A stretch of DNA of 62,618 nucleotides, taken from NCBI GenBank assembly GCA_035706585.1, contig DASSUW010000451.1, positions 1-62,618 of the forward strand. The letters are read 5' to 3'. Position numbers and translations under genes: made by a program. Positions 27,946-35,533 of this stretch are shown here, piece by piece. Within the stretch, counting starts at the first letter, position 1; each line of letters starts with the position of its first letter. Origin of the DNA: Solirubrobacteraceae bacterium. GTDB lineage: Bacteria > Actinomycetota > Thermoleophilia > Solirubrobacterales > Solirubrobacteraceae. A model generated the notes under the pieces. That model did no database searches. It was not told the origin of the DNA and saw only the letters and a list, made by a program, of their open reading frames with translations.

Positions 27946-29074
27946 TCCAGGCCTCCGCCTGCTGCTTGATCTCGTCGCGGTCGTAGTCCGACCACTCGGC
28001 GATGATGTCCTTGACCTGCTGCGTGCCGATGATCTCGTTGACGTCGAGCGGTTCCTTGAGCTGCTTCGTCTCCGCGAGGATGTCGGCGGCGGTCTGCCAG
28101 CCCTCGACGGATGGCTCGCCGTACGGAGTGTCCGTCTGCCCGAGCTCGGCCCCGACCGGCGTGAGCAGCTCGAGCCGCTTGTCCATGTAGGACTTGGCGA
28201 AGTCGCGGTCGGTGCAGTCCTCCGGGAACTGGTTGCAGCCGATCTCGAGCGCAGCGTCTGGATTGGACGTGGCGAACAGGTTGCCCTTCGACCACGCACG
28301 CGCGATCCGGATGACGATGTCGCGCTGCTCGGGGTCGTTCAGCGTCTCCTCCTTCGCGTGGAGGCAGTCGCCGGGGATCGCGGCGTACTTCTCCGGGGTG
28401 ATGTCCACGAGGTCGGCACCCGATGCCTGGAGGCCCAGGATGTCGGTGTAGGCCGACGCGTAGCCGGCCACCCTGCCGGTATCGATCGCCCGCCGGGCCG
28501 CCGGGCCCGACCCGCCGATCGCGAGCAGCTTGACGTCCTCGCCGGCCTTGAGGCCGGCGTCCTGGAGCGCCGACTCCACCATCGGGCCCTCGCCGCCTCC
28601 CACCTCCGAGATGCCGAGCTCCTGGCCGGCGAATCCGGCGACTTCCGTGATGCCGCTCGGCCTGGACGCCGTGATGCCGAAGATGTTGCGCGAGGTCATG
28701 CAGAACACGGCGCGGATCGACGGGTCGGCCTGATGCGCCAGCATCACCGCGGTGGCGGCGGCCATGCCATAGGGCGCGTTGCCGGCGATGATCTGCTGGG
28801 TGACGAAGTCCGAACCGTCCGTGGCCTGCGACTCCACCTCGAGCTTCTCCTGCTCGAGGAAGCCCTCTGAGCGAGCGGTCGGCAGGCCGATCCAGGCGGG
28901 GCCTTCCGGCGACGACAGCAGGAGCGTCGTCTCAGCGGGCTGCGGCGCGCCGTTCTGCGCGGCGCCACTGGCCTTGTCCCCCTCTCCGGCGTCGTCATCT
29001 CCACAGGCTGCGAGCACGAGCACGCAGCCGCTGAGCACTGCGAAGAGGTAGCGGCGTATCGACATCCCTCCCAC
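27938..29074 (-). CDS. Lipoprotein, NMT1/THI5-like ABC-type substrate-binding protein (orphan)
   Basis: Lipobox VLVLAAC after MSIRRYLFAVLSG. Periplasmic-binding-like body. No permease or ATPase gene is nearby. Confidence 0.6.
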   Translation of the reverse strand: MGGMSIRRYLFAVLSGCVLVLAACGDDDAGEGDKASGAAQNGAPQPAETTLLLSSPEGPAWIGLPTARSEGFLEQEKLEVESQATDGSDFVTQQIIAGNAPYGMAAATAVMLAHQADPSIRAVFCMTSRNIFGITASRPSGITEVAGFAGQELGISEVGGGEGPMVESALQDAGLKAGEDVKLLAIGGSGPAARRAIDTGRVAGYASAYTDILGLQASGADLVDITPEKYAAIPGDCLHAKEETLNDPEQRDIVIRIARAWSKGNLFATSNPDAALEIGCNQFPEDCTDRDFAKSYMDKRLELLTPVGAELGQTDTPYGEPSVEGWQTAADILAETKQLKEPLDVNEIIGTQQVKDIIAEWSDYDRDEIKQQAEAWSG

Positions 29075-29090
29075 CTTTCGGTGTGAACTC

Positions 29091-29131
29091 CATGCTTCTC
29101 ACCGTAAATGCATGCGCGATGAGAAGACATG
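29091..29131. promoter_or_regulatory. Inverted repeat CATGCTTCTCA-N18-TGAGAAGACATG in an AT-rich divergent intergenic region
   Basis: Read directly. 11-bp arms with a 1-nt bulge. The spacer contains ATGCATGC. Confidence 0.25.
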
Positions 29132-29246
29132 CAGGAAACGAGTTGACAGCGATCCGATGCTACGGTTCTGACCCGGTCACCGCACCGGGAGATTCCCTCA
29201 TGTTTTCGAGGGTTTCACCCCGGGCGCTGCCGCGTACTATTGCGGC

Positions 29247-30470
29247 CTGACGACGGCGGTCTTCACTCCGGCGACGATCGGGCGGCTCGAGGTCCGCAAC
29301 CGCTTTGTGCGGTCGGCGACCGCCGAGGCGATGGCCGACGAGCACGGTGCCGTGACACCGGGACTGATCGCGCTGCACCAGACCCTGGCCGGCGCCGATG
29401 TCGGGCTGATCATCTTCGGGCACCTGTTCTGCCACCCGCGCGGGCGCTATGGGCCGGGCCATGTCGGGATCCACGACGACGCGATGCTGCCGGGCCTGGC
29501 TGCGCTCGCGCATGAGGTGCGCACGCGCGGTGCTCGCATCTTCGCGCAGCTGACGCATGCCGGCAGCCAGTCGCGACTCGCCGCCGTGGACCCGCTCGCG
29601 CCGTCGCCGGTGCCCAACGCGCTCACCGGGCGCCCGGTCTCCGGCGCATCGGAGGACGAGATCGGCGAGGCCATCGCCTCGTTCGGCGCCGGCGCCCGCC
29701 GTGCCGTCGAGGCGGGATTTGACGGTGTCCACATCCATGCGGCCAACGGCTACCTGATCAGCGAGTTCTCGTCGCCGCTCGCCAACCGGCGCACCGACCG
29801 GTGGGGCGGCTCGGCCGAGAACCGCGACCGCTTCGTGCTCGAGGTCCTCCGCGCCGTTCGCCGTGCGGTGCCCGCGGGCTTCCCGGTCAGCGTCAAGCTC
29901 GGTCTCGCCGACGCCGTCCCCGGCGGCCTCGACCTGGACGAGACGCTGCCCCGCGCCCGCCGGCTCGTCGAGGCGGGCGCCGACGCGATCGAGGTCTCGG
30001 TGAACGTCATGGCGCGTCCGGCGGACTCGGCGCGCACGTACGTGGCCGTGGATCGCCGGCGCGCGATCATGGACCTCCTGCCGCACCGGGTGCTGGCCGG
30101 GCCCGTCGCCGAGGCCTACAACGCGCCGCTGGCGCGGGCGCTGCGCGGCGCCGTCGACACGCGCATCATCCTCGTCGGCGGGCTGCGCACCACGGCGACG
30201 CTGAGCCGTGTCATCGAGTCGGGCGACGCCGACTTCGTCGCCATGGCGCGGCCGTTCATCCGCGAGCCCGACATCGTCCGGCAGATCGCGAACGGGCGGA
30301 CTGGACGCGTGGACTGCACGTCATGCAACCTGTGCCTGGCGCACGGTGGCCACCACACGCTGCGCTGCTGGCGGACGCCGCGCCGGCATCTGCTCGACCA
30401 CGCGTTCTACCGGCTCAAGGGCGGCCTGCGGCCGACGCTGTTCCGCGGGCACCCTCCAGATCAAGACTGA
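29247..30470 (+). CDS. Old Yellow Enzyme family NADH:flavin oxidoreductase
   Basis: FTPATIGRLEVRNRFVRSATAE, AQLTHAGSQ, GFDGVHIHAANGYLISEFSSPLANRRTDRWGGS, MARPFIREPD. The conserved N-terminus lies upstream of the first canonical start (GTG 29307). CTG 29247 is only a proposal. Confidence 0.7.
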   Translation: MTTAVFTPATIGRLEVRNRFVRSATAEAMADEHGAVTPGLIALHQTLAGADVGLIIFGHLFCHPRGRYGPGHVGIHDDAMLPGLAALAHEVRTRGARIFAQLTHAGSQSRLAAVDPLAPSPVPNALTGRPVSGASEDEIGEAIASFGAGARRAVEAGFDGVHIHAANGYLISEFSSPLANRRTDRWGGSAENRDRFVLEVLRAVRRAVPAGFPVSVKLGLADAVPGGLDLDETLPRARRLVEAGADAIEVSVNVMARPADSARTYVAVDRRRAIMDLLPHRVLAGPVAEAYNAPLARALRGAVDTRIILVGGLRTTATLSRVIESGDADFVAMARPFIREPDIVRQIANGRTGRVDCTSCNLCLAHGGHHTLRCWRTPRRHLLDHAFYRLKGGLRPTLFRGHPPDQD

Positions 30471-30493
30471 AGGCGCGCAGGCTGTGCGATCAG

Positions 30494-30567
30494 TGGGCGG
30501 TCGCGGGCTCGAACCGCGGACCTCCTGCTTGTAAGGCAGGCGCTCTGACCAGCTGAGCTAACCGCCC
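30494..30567 (-). tRNA. tRNA-Val (TAC)
   Basis: Hand-folded: acceptor GGGCGGT/ACCGCCC, anticodon arm CCTGC-CTTACAA-GCAGG, T-arm CGCGG-TTCGAGC-CCGCG. Confidence 0.9.
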
Positions 30568-30580
30568 GGGTTCGCCCATG

Positions 30581-31669
30581 CTAGAGCGCTCCGGCGAGGA
30601 CGTCGGCGAGCGCGAACGGCGCCGGCTGCTCGAGCTGGGCGTAGTTGCACGAGGCGGGGTCGCGGTCGGGGCGCCAGCGGACGAACTGCGGCGGGTGGCG
30701 GAAGCGCGCTCCCTCGAGGTAGTCGTAGCGGACCTCGACCACGCGCTCGGGACGCAGCGGGACGAACGAGAGGTCCTTCTTCGGGTTCCAGCGGCTGCCG
30801 CCCTCGGGTCCCTGGCTCATCTCCGCGGCCCAGTGCCACGGGTGGTCGGCGAACGAGATCACGAGCGGCTGGAGCTCGGCGAGCAGCTCGCGCCGGCGAG
30901 CCATCGGGAACGCGCCGATGACGCCGACCGGGGCAAGGTGGCCCATGTGCTGGTCCATCCACTGCGACGGCGGCGCGGCCTCGTCGACGTAGAGGCCGAG
31001 CAGCAGCGAACCGATCGCGTCCTTGTGCGCCTTGTGCACGCGGTAGCCGGCGACGACGCAGTCGGCCGTGCGGACGTGCTTGATCTTCGCCATCACGCGC
31101 TTGTCCGGTTGGTAGGTGAGGTCCGCGCGCTTGGCGATCAGCCCGTCGAGGCCGGCGCCCTCGAACCGCTCGAACCAGCGCCGGGCGACGGCCTCGTCGC
31201 GCGTGAGCGGCGTCACGTGGATCGGTGCGCGCGCGTCGGCCAGCGCGGCCTCGAGCGCCGCGCGGCGGTGCGCGAACGGCGTGCCCGTGAGGTCGTCGTC
31301 GCCGAGCGCCAGCAGGTCGAACGCGACGAAGCTCGCCGGCGTCCTGGCGGCGAGCATCGTCACGCGGCTGTTCGCCGGGTGGATGCGCTGCTGGAGCGCC
31401 CAGAAGTCGAGCCCGCCGTCGCCGGCGATCACGATCTCGCCGTCGATCACCGCCCGTTCCGGGAAGCTGCGCTTGACCGCCTCCACCACCTCGGGGAAGT
31501 AGCGCGTCATCGGCCGCTCGTTGCGGCTGCCGATCTCGACCTCGTCGCCGTCGCGGAACACGATCGAGCGGAACCCGTCCCACTTGGGCTCGTAGAGCTG
31601 GCCGGGCGGGATCGCGCCGACGGGCTTCGCGAGCATCGGCGCGACGGGCGGCATGACGGGCAGGTTCAT
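30581..31669 (-). CDS. ligC: Stand-alone ATP-dependent DNA ligase (LigC type)
   Basis: MNLPVMPPVAPMLAKP...YEPKWDGFR (motif I KxDG), GLDGLIAKR, KIKHVRTADCVV. 362 aa. Confidence 0.85.
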   Translation of the reverse strand: MNLPVMPPVAPMLAKPVGAIPPGQLYEPKWDGFRSIVFRDGDEVEIGSRNERPMTRYFPEVVEAVKRSFPERAVIDGEIVIAGDGGLDFWALQQRIHPANSRVTMLAARTPASFVAFDLLALGDDDLTGTPFAHRRAALEAALADARAPIHVTPLTRDEAVARRWFERFEGAGLDGLIAKRADLTYQPDKRVMAKIKHVRTADCVVAGYRVHKAHKDAIGSLLLGLYVDEAAPPSQWMDQHMGHLAPVGVIGAFPMARRRELLAELQPLVISFADHPWHWAAEMSQGPEGGSRWNPKKDLSFVPLRPERVVEVRYDYLEGARFRHPPQFVRWRPDRDPASCNYAQLEQPAPFALADVLAGAL

Positions 31670-31757
31670 CGCATGGCGATTGTGCCGCCCACGAGCGGCA
31701 GGCGGAGCGTGCCGCGCGACGGGTCGTGCGCCGGCGCACAGCGTTGCGGCTGCCATC

Positions 31758-32102
31758 ATGCGCGCGATGGATCGCTCGATCGCCTGGCGCTCGGCGCTGC
31801 TGCAGGCGCTGCTGGTGGGGTGTGTCGCGGTGGTGCTCGGGCTGGCCCTGCCGCGATCGTTCTTCGAGGACTGGGGCTGGCTCGCCGGACCGGCCGCGTG
31901 GGGCGGCTGCGCGCTGGTGGTCGCCGGCGCGCTGCGGCTGCCGTGGGCGCTGGTCGTCGTCGGCGCGGGGCTGTCGGGCCTGCTGATGCTGCCGGGCGTG
32001 CTGGTGGGAGCCCACTGGCTCGGCGCGCCGTTGGGCCTGGCGGCGTTCGGCGCCTGGTGCGGATGGCTCGCGGGGCGGCGACGGGTCGTGGCGGTCGCCT
32101 GA
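31758..32102 (+). CDS. Hypothetical integral membrane protein (~114 aa)
   Basis: Three or four hydrophobic segments. The TGA overlaps the next ATG (TGATG). Confidence 0.5.
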   Translation: MRAMDRSIAWRSALLQALLVGCVAVVLGLALPRSFFEDWGWLAGPAAWGGCALVVAGALRLPWALVVVGAGLSGLLMLPGVLVGAHWLGAPLGLAAFGAWCGWLAGRRRVVAVA

Positions 32103-32854
32103 TGGATCTTGGCCTGCGCGATCGTGTCGCGCTCGTCACCGGCGCGTCCAAGGGCATCGGGCGCGGGATCGCCGGCACGCTGATCGCCGAGGGAGCGCGA
32201 GTGGCGATCGCGTCGAGCTCGGCCGACCGGATCGCGGCGACGGCGGGGGAGCTCGGCGCGCGCGGGTATGTCCATGACTCGGGGGACCTCGACGCCGTCC
32301 CGGCGCTCGTGGCGCAGGTGCAGGCCGACCTCGGCCCGGTCGATATCTACGTCGCCAACACCGGCGGGCCGCCGAGCGGCGACGACCCGCTCGGCTTCAC
32401 GCGCGAGCAGTGGGAGGCGGCCCACCGGACGCTCGTGCTCTCGCCGATGACGTTCCTCGAGCACCTGCTGCCGGCGATGGCCGAGCGCGGCTTCGGCCGC
32501 GTCGTCGCGATCGGGTCGATCGCCGTGCGCGAACCGCCCGACCACCTGCAGCTCTCCAACTCCCACCGCCCCGGGCTGGTCACGGCGTTCAAGGTGCTCG
32601 CGCGCCGCTACGCAGGCGCGGGCGTGACGCTCAACCACGTCCACCCGGGAGCGATCGCGACCGACCGCATCTACGACACGTCCGGCGGCCGCGAAGCCGC
32701 CGAGCGCAGTGCCCGCGAGCGCATCCCGGCCGGCCGCCTGGGCACCGTCGACGAGCTGGCCGCGGCCGCGGTGTTCCTCTGCTCGGTCCCGGCCGGATAC
32801 ATCACCGGCACGTCGCTGCTCGTGGACGGCGGCGCGAGCCGCAGCGTCTCCTAG
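32102..32854 (+). CDS. Short-chain dehydrogenase/reductase (SDR)
   Basis: VALVTGASKGIGRGIA, NTGG. 250 aa. Confidence 0.8.
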   Translation: MDLGLRDRVALVTGASKGIGRGIAGTLIAEGARVAIASSSADRIAATAGELGARGYVHDSGDLDAVPALVAQVQADLGPVDIYVANTGGPPSGDDPLGFTREQWEAAHRTLVLSPMTFLEHLLPAMAERGFGRVVAIGSIAVREPPDHLQLSNSHRPGLVTAFKVLARRYAGAGVTLNHVHPGAIATDRIYDTSGGREAAERSARERIPAGRLGTVDELAAAAVFLCSVPAGYITGTSLLVDGGASRSVS

Positions 32855-32870
32855 CCGGAACGACTGTAGA

Positions 32871-32942
32871 TACCCCCAGGGGGAATCGAACCCCCGCTAC
32901 CAGCGTGAAAGGCTGGCGTGCTAACCGCTACACCATGGGGGC
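32871..32942 (-). tRNA. tRNA-Glu (TTC)
   Basis: Hand-folded: anticodon arm CCAGC-CTTTCAC-GCTGG, T-arm GGGGG-TTCGATT-CCCCC. G1-U72 wobble in the acceptor stem. Confidence 0.85.
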
Positions 32943-32976
32943 GAGCGAACTGTCGATTCTAGGCGCTCGCCGACGC

Positions 32977-33144
32977 TCAGCCGGGCGACGACTCGTCGGG
33001 CCAGTGGCCGTGCTCGTCGTAGAAGCGGCGGGCCTCCTCTTCGCGGTCGCGATCCTCGCGGCCGGTGATCAGGAAGTAGAAGATCACGCCCACCATGAGC
33101 AGGCCGCCGACGACTCCGATGATGCTCCAGACGAGCTCCGCCAT
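32977..33144 (-). CDS. 55-aa single-TM small protein between tRNA-Lys and tRNA-Glu
   Basis: MAELVWSIIGVVGGLLMVGVIFYFLITGREDRDREEEARRFYDEHGHWPDESSPG, read by hand (under the track cutoff). GC3 about 52/55. Confidence 0.5.
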   Translation of the reverse strand: MAELVWSIIGVVGGLLMVGVIFYFLITGREDRDREEEARRFYDEHGHWPDESSPG

Positions 33145-33150
33145 GGTCAG

Positions 33151-33223
33151 TGCCCCCGGCAGGACTCGAACCTGCGTCGCGCGGAGTAAAAGTCCGCCGC
33201 TCTAACCGCTGAGCTACGAGGGC
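33151..33223 (-). tRNA. tRNA-Lys (TTT)
   Basis: Hand-folded: acceptor GCCCTCG/CGGGGGC, anticodon arm GCGGA-CTTTTAC-TCCGC, T-arm GCAGG-TTCGAGT-CCTGC. Confidence 0.9.
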
Positions 33224-33258
33224 TGGGACATGGTAATTCGCCGGGCTACTCTGGCTCC

Positions 33259-33885
33259 GTGCACCCGGAGGGCGAGGGTCGGTCGGTCCCCGCACGGCGG
33301 CGCAGGAGGACCCCTGAGGTAGCGGAGCGCGAGATCATTTCCGCGGCCGAGTCGTTCCTGCGGGAGCGCCCGTTCCGGGAGCTGACCGTCGACGAGGTGA
33401 TGCGGCGCACCGACCTCTCGCGGCCGTCGTTCTACGTGTACTTCCGCGACCGTCATCAGCTCGTGCTGCGGGTGGTCGAGCACCTCGGGTCCGAGCTGTT
33501 CACGATGTCCGACCGCTGGCTGAAGGGCACCGGCGAGGGACCCGAGCTGGCGCGGGCGGCCCTCGACGGCATCGTCGCCGTGTACGTCGAGCACGGGCCG
33601 GTGATGCGGGCGCTGGCCGACGCGGCGGTCGACGACCCCGGCGTCGAGGCCGCGTACACCGCCCTCGTCCAGAGCTTCATCGGTGCGACGGCCCGGCACA
33701 TCGAGGAGGAGATCGCCGCCGGGCGAGTGCTCAAGCTGTCGGCGCACGAGACCGCGACGGCGCTCGTGTGGATGATGGAGCGCTACCTCACGCTCAGTCT
33801 CGGCCGCGAGCCGACGACGCCGGCGCCGCATGTGGCCGACACGCTGGCGACGATCTGGAACCGCGTGCTCTACGGAGCGCGGTAG
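33259..33885 (+). CDS. TetR/AcrR family transcriptional regulator
   Basis: REIISAAESFLRERPFRELTVDEVMRRTDLSRPSFYVYFRDRHQL. TACTCT lies 6 nt before GTG 33259, which suggests a leaderless mRNA. Confidence 0.8.
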   Translation: MHPEGEGRSVPARRRRRTPEVAEREIISAAESFLRERPFRELTVDEVMRRTDLSRPSFYVYFRDRHQLVLRVVEHLGSELFTMSDRWLKGTGEGPELARAALDGIVAVYVEHGPVMRALADAAVDDPGVEAAYTALVQSFIGATARHIEEEIAAGRVLKLSAHETATALVWMMERYLTLSLGREPTTPAPHVADTLATIWNRVLYGAR

Positions 33886-33886
33886 G

Positions 33887-33914
33887 CGCGCGGACCGCCA
33901 GGAGTCGCCGCGCG
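33887..33914. terminator. Hairpin CGCGCGG-N14-CCGCGCG between convergent genes
   Basis: Read directly between the TetR stop and the purH stop. Confidence 0.25.
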
Positions 33915-33920
33915 AACGGG

Positions 33921-35489
33921 TCAGTGGCGGAAGTGGCGGCGGTGGGTGAACACCATCGAGATGCCGGCGGCGTCGGCCGCCTCGACCACCTCGTGGTCGC
34001 GGACCGAGCCACCGGGCTGGATGACCGCGGTGATCCCCACGTCGACCGCGAGCTGCGGCCCGTCGGAGAACGGGAAGAACGCGTCGGACGCCATCGCGCC
34101 GCCCGCCAGGTCCGTGCCGGTCGCGCGCGCCTTGTCGATCGCCAGCCGCACGGAGTCGACCCGGCTCATCTGCCCGGCGCCGATGCCGACCGACGCGAGG
34201 TCGCGCGCCAGCACGATCGCGTTCGAGCGCACGTGCTTGCAGACCTTCCAGGCGAACAGCATCTCGCCCCATTCGGCCTCGGACGGCTTGCGCTCGGTCA
34301 CGACCTCCATCTCCGAGCGATCCTCGAGATCGATGTCGCGGTCCTGCACGAGCAGGCCGCCCATGACGCGCTTGACGTCCCACTCCGTGATGTTCATCCG
34401 CCGCCGCTCGTTGTCCTCGAGGATGCGCAGGTTCGGCTTGGTCGCGAGCGCGTCGACCGCGTCGTCGCTGAACTGGGGCGCGAGCACGACCTCCGCGAAC
34501 TGCTCGAGCAGCGCGGCGGCCAGCTCGCGGTCGACCGGGCGGTTGAAGCAGATGACGCCGCCGAACGCCGACAGCGGGTCGCACGCGAACGCGCGGCGGT
34601 ACGCCTCCAGCGCCGAGCCGCCGACGGCCGCCCCGCACGGATTGTTGTGCTTGATGATCACGCACGCCGGAACCTCGAACTCGGACACGAGCAGGCGCCC
34701 CGAGTTGATGTCGAGCACGTTGTTGAACGACAGGTCCTTGCCGCCGAGCTGGCGGACCTGCGAGAGCACGTGCATGCGGGCGCCGACCTGCGAGTAGTAC
34801 GCGGCGCGCTGGTGCGGGTTCTCGCCGTACGAGAGGTCGGTGACCTTCTCGTAGGCGGACATCATCACGTCGGGGAAATCGCCCTGCTTCTCGGCGAACC
34901 AGCGCGAGATCGCGGTGTCGTACCGCGCGGTGTAGGCGAACGCCTCGGCCGCCAGGTTCTCGCGCGTGGGCAGGGAGAGCTTGAGGTCGCCGTCGCGGAG
35001 CTCCTGCAGGACCGCGTCGTAGCTCTCCGGCTTGACCACGACCGCGGTGAACGCGAAGTTCTTCGCCGCCGCGCGGATCATCGTCGGCCCGCCGATGTCG
35101 ATGTGCTCGAGCACCTCGTGCTCGGTGACGCCGCGACGGCTCGCCCACGCCTCGAACGGGTACAGGTTCACGCACACGAGGTCGACGAACTCGACCTCGT
35201 GCTCCTGGGCGGCGGCCATGTGCGCGGGCTCGTCGCGCAGCGCGAGCACGCCGGCGTAGAGCTTCGGGTGCAGCGTCTTGACGCGGCCGCCCATGATCTC
35301 CGGGAAGCCGGTGAAGTCCGCGATGTCGCGGACCTCGAGGCCCGCGTCGCGCAGCGCCGTGGCGGTGCCGCCGGTCGACACGAGCTCGATGCCGAGGTCG
35401 GCGAGCCCGCGCGCGAACTCCGCGATCCCGGTCTTGTCGGACACGGACAGCAACGCCCGCCGGACGCGGACCTCCCCCGGCTGGGTCAT
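33921..35489 (-). CDS. purH: Bifunctional AICAR transformylase / IMP cyclohydrolase
   Basis: RALLSVSDKTGIAEFARGL, full-length match to PurH. GGGAGGA precedes ATG 35489. The alternative ATG 35537 forms an ATGA overlap with the purN stop. Confidence 0.9.
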   Translation of the reverse strand: MTQPGEVRVRRALLSVSDKTGIAEFARGLADLGIELVSTGGTATALRDAGLEVRDIADFTGFPEIMGGRVKTLHPKLYAGVLALRDEPAHMAAAQEHEVEFVDLVCVNLYPFEAWASRRGVTEHEVLEHIDIGGPTMIRAAAKNFAFTAVVVKPESYDAVLQELRDGDLKLSLPTRENLAAEAFAYTARYDTAISRWFAEKQGDFPDVMMSAYEKVTDLSYGENPHQRAAYYSQVGARMHVLSQVRQLGGKDLSFNNVLDINSGRLLVSEFEVPACVIIKHNNPCGAAVGGSALEAYRRAFACDPLSAFGGVICFNRPVDRELAAALLEQFAEVVLAPQFSDDAVDALATKPNLRILEDNERRRMNITEWDVKRVMGGLLVQDRDIDLEDRSEMEVVTERKPSEAEWGEMLFAWKVCKHVRSNAIVLARDLASVGIGAGQMSRVDSVRLAIDKARATGTDLAGGAMASDAFFPFSDGPQLAVDVGITAVIQPGGSVRDHEVVEAADAAGISMVFTHRRHFRH

Positions 35490-35533
35490 CGCGGTCCTCC
35501 CATCCGGCGGGGACGATACCTGTGGGACGCTGG

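Larger units (their letters stand above)
16931..30493. mobile_element. Candidate integrase-less genomic island (13.6 kb) integrated at the 3' end of tRNA-Val
   Basis: Bounded by direct repeats of the tRNA-Val 3' end and lying on the 3' side of the tRNA. Cargo is catabolic and regulatory genes only. No integrase or transposase motif was seen. Confidence 0.45.

Noticed and set aside
30578-32854. 758-aa plus-strand ORF and the 687-aa minus-strand ORF over the same region
   Set aside because: Each contains one real gene at one end (SDR at 32102-32854, ligC at 30581-31669). The rest is shadow sequence.
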